Shown: positions 1-24,045, numbered from the stretch's first letter. The stretch: 64,000 nt of DNA from Macrostomum lignano (GCA_002269645.1 NIVC01003520.1:1-64000), one strand, 5' to 3'. Program-made: numbers and translations. The notes: generated by a model not told the origin, from the letters alone.

Positions 1-379
1 GTTGCTGTCCTGAAAATCAATGAGAAATCGATATTTATTACCAATTGAGTTTCATATTAAAGTACATCTTATATCCATTAATGGACACAACAAGGTAATT
101 TCGATATGAAATGTAGCTAGCTAAGCTTAACGAAAATCTAGGTAATAGAATGGATGAACTTGTAACCATACTTGGCTGAGAATTTAATAAGGCAAGCGAA
201 ACCACCACCACAACAACAACGACAATAAATGGCAAAATTGTGGAAGTTTTCTGTAACAAAAAAACAAAAAACCATCACCACCAATAAAATAAAACTTCTG
301 ACAATTTTTATGAGCGACTCGCTATTAGTAGGAAAATAAGATATACTACTAATAGTAGCTACTGACTAGGCTGCGATTA

Positions 380-3300
380 TTATCCAAGACCGTGATCCTC
401 GAAAAATCCCTGCGGCGTTTCCTCCTTAATTGATGGAAATGATCACACAATCGGCGTGATTAGAAATAGGTGACACAAATATTGTGTACTTTTATTGCTA
501 GGTAATTGAACTCCACTAATAATGATTATTGAAAACATTAATATATTTATTAATACCTAGACACGTACAATCGGGTAAAAGGAATGTCAGCTATTTGTTC
601 AAAATTGAAGCTGTTGAAAATTGAGAAACAAGCTTGCGAGATCCCGACAGAGAATGTGCAGATTCCATTTCTCATTAAGTTACATTTAAGGGCAATTGGC
701 AGGTAGGTAAAACACATTTTACGAGCATTTGGATCGAGACAGTCAATCTGACAGAAACTATAAGCATAATATAATAAAGTAATATACCAAAGTTTAATTT
801 GTTTTAGATTCAACTTTCAAAAAACACGTCATTAAAACCGATTATTCAAAATAAATCTGTGTAGTATCTTCGATTTGTTTAATCTCGTACGAGTCGCTAA
901 TACTGCAATATTCGGACTTGAAATTCTAGCAAAATATAGCTGAAAGTTTTAACAAAAATGGTTTAGATTTTTTATAGAAGTCAGTTGACAGTACTTATAT
1001 AAATGAAATTGATGCTGGAATGCACGTGAAGGTGGGATACAGTACAAAATCAACATCATCAATGCGGTGCATCGTGTTTGAAAATAAGTGAATTTGTCAG
1101 TTTAGGATTGGCAGCCATATAATTAATAGTATAGTGACAAACAGTTTATAATAGAACTGTCAGGAAATAACAAAGACAAGGATCTTCTAACACTGACAAA
1201 GAAACAAATTTCTGAGTAATAATTCGGCTTGCGATAACGCAAATATTTTCGCTCGTTCTATATAGTACTATATAGTAGACTTATGCATAGAGAATCGCAT
1301 GATGGCGTTCTTGCAACTCGGTTAAATCAATCCGTATTCTTTTAGCGCTTCCAAAAGGGCATCGTTCTAGATTTATTGGAGGGCGGTTGAGTCGCTTATT
1401 GAATTGAATTTGGTTGCGCGGAAGGACAGTCCTACTAGCTTCCGTCCTAGTGGCTTAGTGTCCTAAATGGCTTAATTCTTAACAGTTCTCTGCTAAGTTT
1501 GAACTAATCGCGAAATACTACTGAACTTTCTAAAAGCACATTCTTCATTTACCATGTGGAATATTAGGATTGGCAGTGAAATTCATTGTGAGGCACCTGA
1601 AATCCATTGTGAGACACCCGAAATCCATCGTAAGACACCTGAAATTCCCTGTGAGACACATTAAATCCATCTTGAGACACCTGAAATCCCCTGTGTGGCA
1701 GCTGAAATCCATTGTGAGACAGCTGAAATCCATTGTGAGACAGCTGAAATCCATTGTGAGACAGCTGAAATCCATTGTGAGACAGCTGAAATCCATTGTG
1801 AGACAGCTGAAATCCAATGTGAGACAGCTGAAATCCATTGTGAGACACCTGAAATCCATTGTGAGACACCTGAAATCGCCAAGTAAGACATCTTAACTCC
1901 TATTGTGTGTGCAAGGAAAATTCCAGGAATATGAGACACCTGAAATCCATGTGTGATCTACATTGTTTAAACATCTGAGACACTTGTGAGACACCTGAAT
2001 TCCCTTTGAGACAGACAAAACAGCAGAGTTGGACAAAGCTAAACGCAAAAGTTAAATGCAAAAAATAAGCATACAGCAATGAATGTGCATGTTAGATTTT
2101 TGCTATGTTTCCCATTCGTTGTTAATTAAAAATAAACAAGAAGCATTTATTGAATCAAGCAAACATAAGAAGCACTTTTGGAGTGCAAGCACTGTACAAA
2201 AAACATCCTTGATAATTAAGAATTTACCTCCTGCAACAGATCCTGCGCGGCGATGGCCTTCAACACGTTCTTTTTGCTTGTCTCCTGAACCTCACCGCCT
2301 AGTATAAACTCGTCCAGCATAAAGTAGGCTTTCTCAAAGTTAAATATAATGTCCAGCTCGCAGACCTGTAGAAGTTAAATCAAGCCTGTTTTGTTTGTAT
2401 ATAAAAACACAAAGTCAATCTACTTCTGAATAGTACATTGAGTACGAGCACTTACGCTTCCAAAGTACTTATCAAGAAGTTCAACATAGCGATGTATGAC
2501 TTCGAGACAGAGAAGCTCATTGTCCTGCTGTTCAATAGCGCAGCAGAAATAGAGACTCGCGTATCTGTAAAAGTACCAATGGCATGAAGAGTTTTTTAAA
2601 TATGCGATATCTGAGAATGACGCTGACAGTGGTATTGTGTGTCCTTGCCTTTTATACACAATCTTCAACTCTTTCCACTCTAAAAAGGAGCACATCTTTG
2701 GTTTTCTAGCAAGAATAAGAGTGACCAAATCTCGAGTGATCTTCTTTTTTGCCTTGTCCGTCTGAGAGATGTACCACTTTTGTAGTCGAAGTTTACCCTG
2801 CCTGCTGAATAGTAGCATAAAATGAATCTAAAAATATTTTAGAAATTGTTTTAAAAAATATGTCAAGTTAGGGAATAGACCATGCAGTAAGTCTACTTAA
2901 TAATATATTTTTACTTAAATACTATACAATACATCATTTGTGTACGCAATAAAAAATTCCCAGTCATATGTGTGCTTAAATTTGCAAACATAATCATATC
3001 ACTTGCATAAAGTTTTACATGTACATCGATTAACAATCAAATAGATAGCATCTGGAATTAATTTTTTATGCAATTTAAAACTATTTCTCGTATAATTAAA
3101 GTTAGCCATACAATAACTGCCGTAATAAATTATGCTAGTTAAATGAGATATTTTTATAGCTGCTATAAAAGTTGTCACTAACAATGAAAAGATAATTAGG
3201 CAATAGTCGTAAGTAAGCATATGTGAACTAGCTTTGATGGTTTATTTATGTAATTAAGGACAAAGTTTTTCGTTTAAATTACTTTCATTTGCTTTCAATT

Positions 3301-3420
3301 TCTAAGAATGGATAAAACATAGTCTGACAAGGATGATAAACATAATTAGACTGAATGATTATTTAGTTTAATTTACCATTTAAAACTTTACCAGTTTCAA
3401 CTTAGGCCCTAACTTACCAT
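380..3420 (-). CDS. AP1S: AP-1 clathrin adaptor sigma subunit. Exons (minus): 3418-3420 (ATG only), 2649-2827, 2456-2564, 2228-2365, then last exon 380-424 or 1322-1366; 157 aa either way
   Basis: [20 protein letters not shown]...[98 protein letters not shown]. All intron phases match. The ATG exon is chosen from ATG|GTAAGT at 3420-3412; a weaker ATG|GTAAAT lies near 3375. Confidence 0.96.
1575..1995. repeat. 21-bp minisatellite (gagacagctgaaatccattgt) in an AP1S intron
   Basis: Direct tandem repeat; it produces five spurious ORFs in the track. Confidence 0.95.
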
Positions 3421-6400
3421 TCTGAATTCCTCAAAAGATAAAATAAGAAAGTTGCTTGTAGTGTTTAAACTCTTTATCTATAAAAAACTTTTGACTTGTG
3501 AACTAAAGCCAAGGCACAAAGCTGAAACGAGAAATGCTAGGCCTAACTAAAATGATCAATTAATGCGTTCTCATTTTAAGAAAGGAATAAAAATGGCAAT
3601 AAAAGAGATGGACTTTTCTTATTAAGAAAACGCCAGTTTCATATAATTAAATCAGCAAAAATCTGCAAACGTTCAACAGCCACACGTCCACGCTTCTGAC
3701 GTGAGACTGCAATCGAGTGATCAGGTCAGGTCAGGTGGTGCGGGGACGGAGACTTTCGTATGATTTAAATATAATTGTTTTGTTTTTTCAATTCTCTGTC
3801 TTTTAAGTTGGTGTGTTTGTTTTACAGAATAAACGACCGTTGTCTGATATTTAGGCTGATTTTTCGTGAATAATGTTTTTAAGTAAAAATGTTTGTTAAA
3901 AGCTTGAAAGAAATTCAAATAAAACACGGCCTACTTATGAAAGCGGCTGTGTCAAAAATTCAAATAAGTATTTGCATTATAGACACGGCTGCTATGTCTA
4001 TAAATAGACCTAGTCACTATTAGACATGGCCACTGTGTCAATGAAACTTGCACGGTAGCCATGTCATTAATATTGAATGGGTTCATATTTAGAGACATAG
4101 TGGATGGTTGTGTCATGAATATGGAATTGATTTACACTTAAAAACATGGGTGGGTGGCCATGTCTCTAATATTAGAGCTTATGGGCATGGCTGCCATGCC
4201 ATGTATATAATCATTGATCAAATGAAAAGATCAATCAATTGAAAAGTCAAAGTTTTTTATTTGAATTTTTTAAATTAAATTAATTTTAATTTTAAGAATA
4301 ACACAAAATCTTTTTTTAAAGTGCAGCTGCAATAATAATATATGTAGCTACTAAAAAAGTCAGTCAGTCAGTCACATACATGCACAACAGTTGGCCAAGT
4401 CGGCTGATTTGGCTGACCAATTTGGCGGCCAAACAAGGAAGTTGCAAAAGTGCCCACCCAAAAAATACCAAAGTAGTAGTACTATGTAGCTGACGAGGCA
4501 TTTTGACTTAATAAGACATAGTCATAGTTATGTCTTATTAGTCATAGTCATAGTCTATAACTATAGTCATAGTAAAGTCATAGTTACTCCTACCGTTTAC
4601 CTATAGTAGCGTTAATTTTGCTTTACACTACTTATGCTAGGGTTTTTTATATGTTAGTTGCATTTTTGGCCAAAAACTATGTCGCATTTTTGTTAAAACT
4701 AAGTTGCATGGATGACCAAATTTTGAAGGTTGCGCATGTATGGTCAGTCAGTCAGTCAGTCATTAGTTAAAAAACTTAAAAAGTTTAAGACACAAAAATT
4801 TCTATTTGCTAAAAAAAATTCAAATTAAAAAAAAACTACAACCACTTAGGATTCAAACCTTGCTATATGCAATCAAACAATCATCTTATCCACTAAGCCA
4901 CCATTTGATTATGAGAGAGCCTTATAGAACACACATTTTATATCAATGATTATAGCTGTGCCTATAAGCATAAATATTATAGACTAGACATGGCTGCTAT
5001 GCTTAAGTACTCTATATTTAAAAACATGCAATTAAAATTTACTAGGCAGGCCTATTGAACTATTAATGAATATCAATAAAAAATAGCTAGCCAATTGATT
5101 TGCCAAAGGCAAATTATTTAGCCAAAAGTTTTTGTCTTAACTTTTGATTTGATAATAATAGTTATATAATTGTCTAATAGGCCTATTCTTTTAAATGATC
5201 ATCATTGCTTAATATATCAATTTCAATAGACAATCACCATTGAAATTTGACTCTATTTTATAAAAGTATTTTTGATATCCTAATAATTTAGTTCTATTCT
5301 AATAGAATAACCTATAATATTTATATCATTTAAATAGTCAGTCTATATATTATTTGTTTTAAAAGGCAATCATTTCTATGAAACTTTTAGAAAAAAATGA
5401 TCATGTTCCAAAACTGCTAAAAACAATTAAAAATAAAATGCTTCAACCTCTTCTATTCTAATAGATATAATTAGGTATTGCATCAAGTATATATTAAATA
5501 TTCCACAAAAATATTTATTATACTTTCAATTAATAATCATTTGTATAGAGTCTATAGAGTCTATACTATAGACTAGTAATATTGAAATGATTAGGCCTAT
5601 CTTCAAAATTCAGGGGGATACATATTACATTCTACTTTTTAACCTATAGTTTTTTGTATTAGGCCTATGTTTATATGTAGAATTAAAGCTGAGGTCTTAT
5701 TCAATAGAGCCAGTTCATTTGAGACATCTGTGCAAGTGGTTTAAAGCTCAATGTGACCCTATTTCTCTAAATATATGGAGTCCAGATGCGAAATATACAA
5801 AGTTATTATATTTTTAAAATATGATCATTTTAGGACAATTTTAATATTTGAATTGATTTTATCCAAAACTGATATAACATATAAGCCACAAGGGAAAGTG
5901 CTAATTTATAAAAGAGCTAATACTAGAAACCATTTGTAATGTTATTTTAAGAGCTTCTACTTTATTTATTTAAAACTGTTATTAAGGTGATAGTCAATTT
6001 ACTTGGTAATTATTATCTGAAAGATTCTAAGATTGCCAATTATCCTAGGCCTATTTATCTCATGATCATTGGAATGTTCTATATAATGGTCCCATATATG
6101 CAAAATCAATATGGCTAGAGTTTTTGCTAGTGTCATAGTAATAATTGTTAGGTGAAGGTGATATAAGACCTAATAGAGATAGATTATATAGTATTATAGT
6201 TAAGCCAAAATTTGTTTTCACATAGTTGCAACCAAAACTATTTATATAGAGCTCCATTGTAGATACAGATATTGCTATTGAAAGTTATAGATATATAGGT
6301 TCTTAGACAAAACATATATGGTTATGAAATCAATACTTCTTAAAATTTAGGAATTACTTAATCTCTAATACTCCATCTCTAATTGTTGACTGATTTTTAG

Positions 6401-6614
6401 GCTTTCTATTACCTTTTTGCATATCCTCTTTATGTCAATTCATAGAGATGTATGTGATCCATGTTAATTTGGCTGCAATATGTCATATGGGTAAATTAAG
6501 CTAAAGAACTTATCTTTGATTCCCTTGTCTGCCATCAGGTTATTCCTAATTGTGCTTTGTAATCTGGCACTACAATGGCAATATTCCAATTCATGAACCA
6601 ACAAACCAATTGGG

Positions 6615-9600
6615 ATGGCTCCTACAAGCATTGAAGTTATCAAAAGCGTATTTTCAGCTTCTATTCACGTCCTGGCAACCAAGTCGGGCAGTCACGTGAC
6701 TCTTCAATCGTTAGCCGAAGCCTACGAGAGAACTATGGGTCATCCGGTGCCATTTCGTGAACACGGTTTTAGCAGCGTTGAAGAGCTAATCAGAGTTGCA
6801 CTGCCAGGCACTCTGACGATGTACAGAGTGGGCGCCAACATGTGCGCTAAAAGCACCCAGCCGCCCAACCATGCTTCCAAACGCATTATCGAGAAAATTA
6901 ACACAGAAAATAAAAGCTGTCGCGGCGGTAAAAGTCGCTTTAGCTTTCAAAAAAAGTCGGCCAATCGGAATCCCAGCTGTCCGCAACAGGTGCGAAATCG
7001 TATAGCCAAATTAGTTGAAGAATTCTTTGCTAAAAACGGCGAAGGCTGCAGTTTAGGTCACTTTGGCGGGCTTTATTTTCAACGTTACGGTTTTGTACTG
7101 CGTCTAGACCAGTTTGCCTGCAATTCTATGCTATCATTTATGCGATTCCTGCAATCTTGCGGCGTCATTGACATCATTGAGACGCCTAATGGCGACCACA
7201 GGCTGATGCCGGCTAAATCTGGCCTGTACGTCACCGACCCGAACTCCGATAAACTGGTCAATATGGTGGCCAACTGGCCTGACGGCCCGGCGCCACTGGA
7301 TCAGCTATCCGAGGCCTATTGCTCCCAGTACGGCTTCGAGCCCTGTCGGCAGCTGGGATTTCTCAGCTTCGACGCGATGGTAAAGGCGGAGAAGCGACTG
7401 CGACTGGTGCCTCGATTAGGCGCCTGTCCGCTGGTACAGTTGGCCGACAGCCTGCGACCAGCACCGCCTGCTAGGTGAGTCATATTTAATTATCTGCGGA
7501 TTTTTTCATCAGAAATCCGAGTGCCATTTTTGCATCCTGATCCCAAAGCATTTCAATGGCAATGTCATCAATTACAGCTATTTAGGAGTCCGTTTAATGT
7601 ATTTAACCTTATTTATTTACTTAACTAAACCCATAGGCTAGGGGTTGTGGCCTAGTGGTCAGAGCGTCGGACTCACGCAGGAAAGGTCGGGGGTTCGATT
7701 CTCAACTCACTTGGAACAATTTGTGTCCTTGAGCAAGACACTTAACTCTGCATTGCTTCAGTTCACCCTGAATTAGCTAGGGCTGAGCTGTCTGTTGCAA
7801 AACTGCCCAGTAGGGCAGGTGTAATTAATTATATTGTTGTTATTACGAATTTTTATTATGAATCAACCTAGATAAATTTTTTGTTTTTATGTTTTACTTA
7901 GGGAAAAATCGTGTGTGAAAATCTACGTTTTAGATTTTAGGTTATAGGGTTTAGGTTAGGTTAGTAGCGTTATGGTTAAGGATATGAGTTTACGTTAGGT
8001 TCATGTCAGGCTCGACAGTCAAATTGACGGCAGTCGATGCGTTATGCTTTTCAGCAACGAATTGCCGGCTAACTGTATCAAGCAGCAGCCACTGCAGCAA
8101 CTGCCCGAAGACGAGCAGCTACCGAAGCTTCCTCAAGAGCTGCATCAACCTTTGCAAAATCTACAGTTGTATTCACCACCTCTGCCGCCTTTGTCCTCGT
8201 CTTCATCGTCTGGCGGCGGCGGCGACGTCTCGTCCGTTGGTCTGAAGTCCATGACCAATACATGCATTAGCGAATTGGATCGGAGCGACACCTGGTCTAC
8301 GTACGGCGACGGGGACAGTGGTAGTAACGGAATTCCGGCCGACTGTGTACCCATTGGCTGCCAGCTGCAGCCGCTGCCTGTAGCGGAATATGCCGATCCG
8401 AATACTGGCACTGTCAGGGTAAGTTGGACTTGCTTTTACTCTATATCGTACAAATCCACCAGACTCTTCAGAATACACCAAACTCATCAAAATCTACCAG
8501 ACTCATCAGAATCCACCAGACTCTTCAGAATCCACCAAACTCATAAGAATCTACCAGACTCATCAGAATCCACCAAACTCATCAGAATCCACCAGACTCT
8601 TCAGAATCCACCAAACTCATCAGAATCCACCAGACTCTTCAGAATCCACCAAACTCATCAGAATCCACCAAACTCATCAGAATCCACCAGACTCTTCAGA
8701 ATCCACCAAACTCATCAGAATCCACCAGACTCTTCAGAATCCACCAAACTCATCAGAATCCACCAGACTCTTCAGAATCCACCAAACTCATCAGAATCCA
8801 CCAGACTCTTCAGAATCCACTAGCCTCTTCAGAATCCACCAGACTCATCAGAGCCCACCAGACTCATCAGAATCTACCAGACTCTTCAGAATCGACCAGC
8901 CTCATCAGAATCCACCAGACTCATCAGAGTCCACCAGACTCATTAGAATCTACCAGACTCCAGAGTCGCTGTCTAACCGCCCTACTAGGTGTCTCAATAG
9001 CCCTGTACATGTAGGTGCATGGCTGCAAGTACAATAGCTACTATATTACAGTATTACACTACCTTCACAGGTGAGCGTGAAGGCCACTTGCCCAGACGAC
9101 CTGCTGCTCTCTGTGCATAGCAGCCGGCTAGACGAACAGCGCCGACGCCTCCAAGCCGACATGAAAGCTTGCGCTGATTGGCAGCCGATCTCACGTCGTC
9201 ACGCAGCCACAGGCGGTCTGCTGTGCGCTGCCAGACTGGGCGGCGCCAATGGCCGACTAATCCGCGTCCAAGCGCTCGGATTCGACGGCGCTCCCCGGGC
9301 CGGCCGGGTTCGAGTCCGGCCGTTAGACGAGCCGCCTAGCGGCTCAGAAATTGTCAGCCTAACGGATCTGTATTATCTGAAGCGGCAATTTGCCGACGCC
9401 TGCAGTCAGTTGACGGCGTTGGCCTATCTGGACTGTTTGAAGCCGACGGATGCGAACGGCCAGTGGAGCGAGGCGGCTAGCAATTTTTTCTGCGATTTGA
9501 TGACGAACAGCTCAGAGCCGAAGGCGGTGCAAATTGTGCGCACTTTGCTGGACGAGGTAAACAAACTATTGCAAGCAATGTGCAGACACGCATTAAGGCA

Positions 9601-9658
9601 TACACGCTTTGTTAATAGATTCATAGGCATTCCTAGTACGAGACATTTAAGACTGCTG

Positions 9659-9748
<90 letters not shown>

Positions 9749-9797
9749 TTACCACTTCTACTACTACTACTACTACTTCTACTACTACTACGAATAC

Positions 9798-9833
<36 letters not shown>

Positions 9834-9929
9834 AAATACTACTACTACTACTACTACGAATACTACTACTAATACTATTACCACTACTTCTACTACTACT
9901 ACTACTGCTACTACTACTACTACTACTAT

Positions 9930-10000
<71 letters not shown>

Positions 10001-10351
10001 ATACTATTACCACTACTTCTACTACTACTACTACTGCTACTACTACTACTACATTACTACTAGCTAGTATTAAGGATGCATTTTATCTTGGTCCGGTATT
10101 GTAGTATATATTTTACAACCCTAACCCTAATAATAATTTCAGCCGCCGTACAACTGCTCTGTAGTCTTTGTTCGGCCCAACGTGTCCATCGAGATGATTA
10201 AGTATGGCTATGCATTGGAGCCGAGCATTTTGGTGAGTTAAGAAAAAAATCCTAGGCACTTCTTGAATGCATTTAATAATTCATACATTACTGGCCTTGA
10301 TTTTTCATTTCATTTCAGACTTACCCAACGCAGCGACTCACCGACTTCTAA
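6615..10351 (+). CDS. Triple LOTUS (OST-HTH) + extended Tudor protein, TDRD5/TDRD7/Tejas-like. Exons 6615-7474, 8055-8418, 9071-9556, 10143-10232, 10319-10351; 610 aa
   Basis: Three LOTUS-like units: VTLQSLAEAYERTMGHPVPFREHGFSSVEELIR, CSLGHFGGLYFQRYGFVLRLDQFACNSMLSFMR and APLDQLSEAYCSQYGFEPCRQLGFLSFDAMVK. Extended Tudor: LCAARL..G.LIRVQ..RVRVRPLD..SEIVSLTDLYYLKRQF..LAYLDCLKP...WSEAASNFF...NVSIEMIKYGYA. All GT-AG phases are consistent. Confidence 0.8.
7641..7830 (+). mobile_element. tRNA-derived SINE with CORE-like central domain, in intron 1 of the LOTUS-Tudor gene
   Basis: Pol III A box TGGCCTAGTGG (7648-7658) and B box GGTTCGATTC (about 7692-7701), followed by GTGTCCTTGAGCAAGACACTTAACTCTGCATTGCTTCAGTT, which resembles the MIR CORE motif GTGACCTTGGGCAAGTCACTTAACCTCTCTGAGCCTCAGTT. 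Confidence 0.8.
8450..8965. repeat. 19-bp minisatellite (catcagaatccaccagact) with 57-bp higher-order period, intron 2 of the LOTUS-Tudor gene
   Basis: Direct tandem repeat downstream of the donor at 8419. Confidence 0.95.
9655..10062. repeat. (CTA)n microsatellite, intron 3 of the LOTUS-Tudor gene
   Basis: Trinucleotide run after donor GTAAAC at 9557; the poly-Leu and poly-Val ORFs are artefacts of it. Confidence 0.97.
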
Positions 10352-10502
10352 ATTCTAATCAATTGAATTTGCAAGCGCGTTAATAAACTTCCTGCTTTTC
10401 AAATTAAAAAACTGCATTTTTGCTAAATAAATTTCTATCGTTCTCCTTATCATGTGTACTAATACGCTCAAGTCACCTATTTTTCATTTATACACTTTAA
10501 GA

Positions 10503-10504
10503 TG

Positions 10505-10540
<36 letters not shown>
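10503..10540. repeat. (GT)n(GA)n microsatellite in the LOTUS-Tudor/MCM2 spacer
   Basis: Seen directly. Confidence 0.95.
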
Positions 10541-10541
<1 letters not shown>

Positions 10542-10859
10542 TTCGGCGCTAGTTCTATAACAGTTGGCGTTGGGAAAGATCCTAAAATATATCCAATAAT
10601 TTTTCACGGGGTTTTTTAATCGAATTTTGTTGTTTAATTGATTTTCGCTGGGTAAAAATCTATTTATACTACTGTTATCGTATTATTGTAGTAGCATAGC
10701 AAACATCTGAAAATTCAAATTTTAAGTATATTAGCAACTAATCGGTATTCATTTCCCCTCACCAGCTTGATTTTGCGAGCGCGCGGCTTCTGTAAAACAA
10801 TAAGAAATCTAATAAAATACAAAAATTTCTGTAACAAATAACTGACTAAACCATTAGCC

Positions 10860-21836
<10,977 letters not shown>

Positions 21837-21949
21837 GGCCGACTGATCATTGCTCGGTACGGTAGCAGCCTCTTGAATTTGGACTTTGTAGTAATTCAAC
21901 AAATTCCAGTCCTAAGCCTAAGGGTATAGCTGCTCTTATCACTGGGATA

Positions 21950-22530
21950 ATCCCCCTAGCTAATATGCTAATCTCCCTAGCTAATATTATAATCGCTCGA
22001 GCTAATATACTAATCCCCCTAGCTAATATACTAATCCCCCTAGCTAATATGCTAATCCCCCTAGCTAATATGCTAATCTCCCTAGCTAATATGCTAATCT
22101 CTCTATCTTAAATGCTAATCGCCCTAGCTAATATGATACTTGCCCTAGCTAATATGCTAATCGCCCTAGCTAATATGCTAATTGCTTTAGCTAATATGAT
22201 AATTGCCCTAGCTAATATGCTAATCGCCCTAGCTAATATGCTAATTGCCCTAGCTAATATGCTAATCGCCCTAGCTAATATGCTAATTGCCCTAGCTAAT
22301 ATGCTAATTGCCCTAGCTAATATGATAATTGCCCTAGCTAATATGATAATTGCCCTAGCTAATATGATAATTGCCCTAGCTAATATGCTAATCGCCCTAG
22401 CTAATATGCTAATTGCCCTAGCTAATATGCTAATCGCCCTAGCTAATATGCTAATTGCCCTAGCTAATATGCTAATTGCCCTAGCTAATATGCTAATTGC
22501 CCTAGCTAATATGCTAATTGCCCTAGCTTA
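21950..22530. repeat. 21-bp minisatellite (atatgctaattgccctagcta) downstream of the MCM2 stop
   Basis: Direct tandem repeat; the MLIALAN ORF is an artefact. Confidence 0.96.
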
Positions 22531-23252
22531 AATGATAATCGGCCTGTTAAAAGTCATTCTGTTATTTTACTTGATAATGTCTATTTTTTCAGACAGTGAC
22601 GCTCAGAGGAATCGAGAGGATCGACTGGTCCCTAGTTCGTGCTATTCTGCTAACTGCACTTAACTCATAGTATTGGCTTACTTACATAATAAAGATAATA
22701 ATAATGACAATAATTTTATAAATCCAATGGCAATTCAATTCGAATTCGTGCTATTTTTTTATCTTCTATTACCCTACAAAATACACAGGTGCAATTTTTA
22801 GGTACCCTACATGTACCAAATAATCGCATTTTATTAAGTTATTATATAACCAGCTTTTATTCCTAATCTCGTACCGCTTAGTGAGACGTTTAAACTGTTT
22901 TTTACGCTCGGTGCTACTCTTTTAACAGCCCAGTACTCCAATTCGAGTTAATACTCGTGTTGTTGTGTGGCAAACAATTCTACAAATTATTATTGTGTTC
23001 AGCCGCGACGACACGGAAGCATTTTTCATCTCCGCTGGGGGTCGATTTTTAATGTTCTAATTGACTGATCTATTTTCTAAACCTTATCAGCTATTAAACC
23101 TTATTTTTTCTATTTTTTAAATAAATGCCAATTGCACTGAGGGCCACTCTTCGTAATGGCTTCAACCTGCAGCATTGCTCAGCTCGCTGTGTGCTGCTGG
23201 GTTGACAGTTTAATTAAATTTAAAGCCTTTTTTCAACGCATCTTCGTTCTTT

Positions 23253-23565
<313 letters not shown>

Positions 23566-23827
23566 CTACAACGCCTACGCAGTAGGAGCCGCAAATCCGG
23601 GATTAGAATGAATCGTATACAATGATCTGTTGTTTGGTTCCTGATTGGCTCTTGCAGGTGGGGTATTTCGCTTCCACTGTAAACTATGCATTGCTATTAT
23701 TAAGTATATATACTATGCGGTATATTTTCTAAGAACATAGTCAAGCTTTCGACTCTGAATTACCAAGCAACAATTAGGACAATTTGCCAAGTGAAATTTG
23801 ATAAACCTGCGAGCAAAGCTAGCACGA

Positions 23828-24045
23828 ATGCAGCACCAAAGAGCACTGCTAGCAGTAGTTGTCATGGTAACGTATTTCTCAGCGGCATTACCAGGTAATT
23901 AAAAAATGATCTTTCTTTATTGTATTCTGCATCCAATTACATTCTAATTAAGGTATTAACATTACCTGTGATAGCTACATGTAACTGGTAAAATCTTTAT
24001 CGTGCGCTCGTATTATCGAACTCAGCTGTTTTTTGTCCGTCTGTC

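Noticed and set aside
550-813. Minus ORF with a possible acceptor ([12 protein letters not shown]...) as another AP1S exon
   Set aside because: No similarity to adaptor tails or any recognisable family; insufficient support.
1545-1939. Five overlapping ORFs (MDFSCLT, IVRQLKS and others)
   Set aside because: Translations of the 21-bp intronic minisatellite.
7641-7712. tRNA gene
   Set aside because: A and B boxes are present but there is no valid acceptor or anticodon stem, and it runs straight into a SINE core.
7940-7980. Interstitial telomere (TTAGG/TTAGGG-like)
   Set aside because: Only 3-4 imperfect units.
9557-10063. Poly-Leu C-terminus of the Tudor ORF and the poly-Val antisense ORF
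   Set aside because: A donor at 9557 and an in-phase downstream exon show this is an intronic (CTA)n tract.
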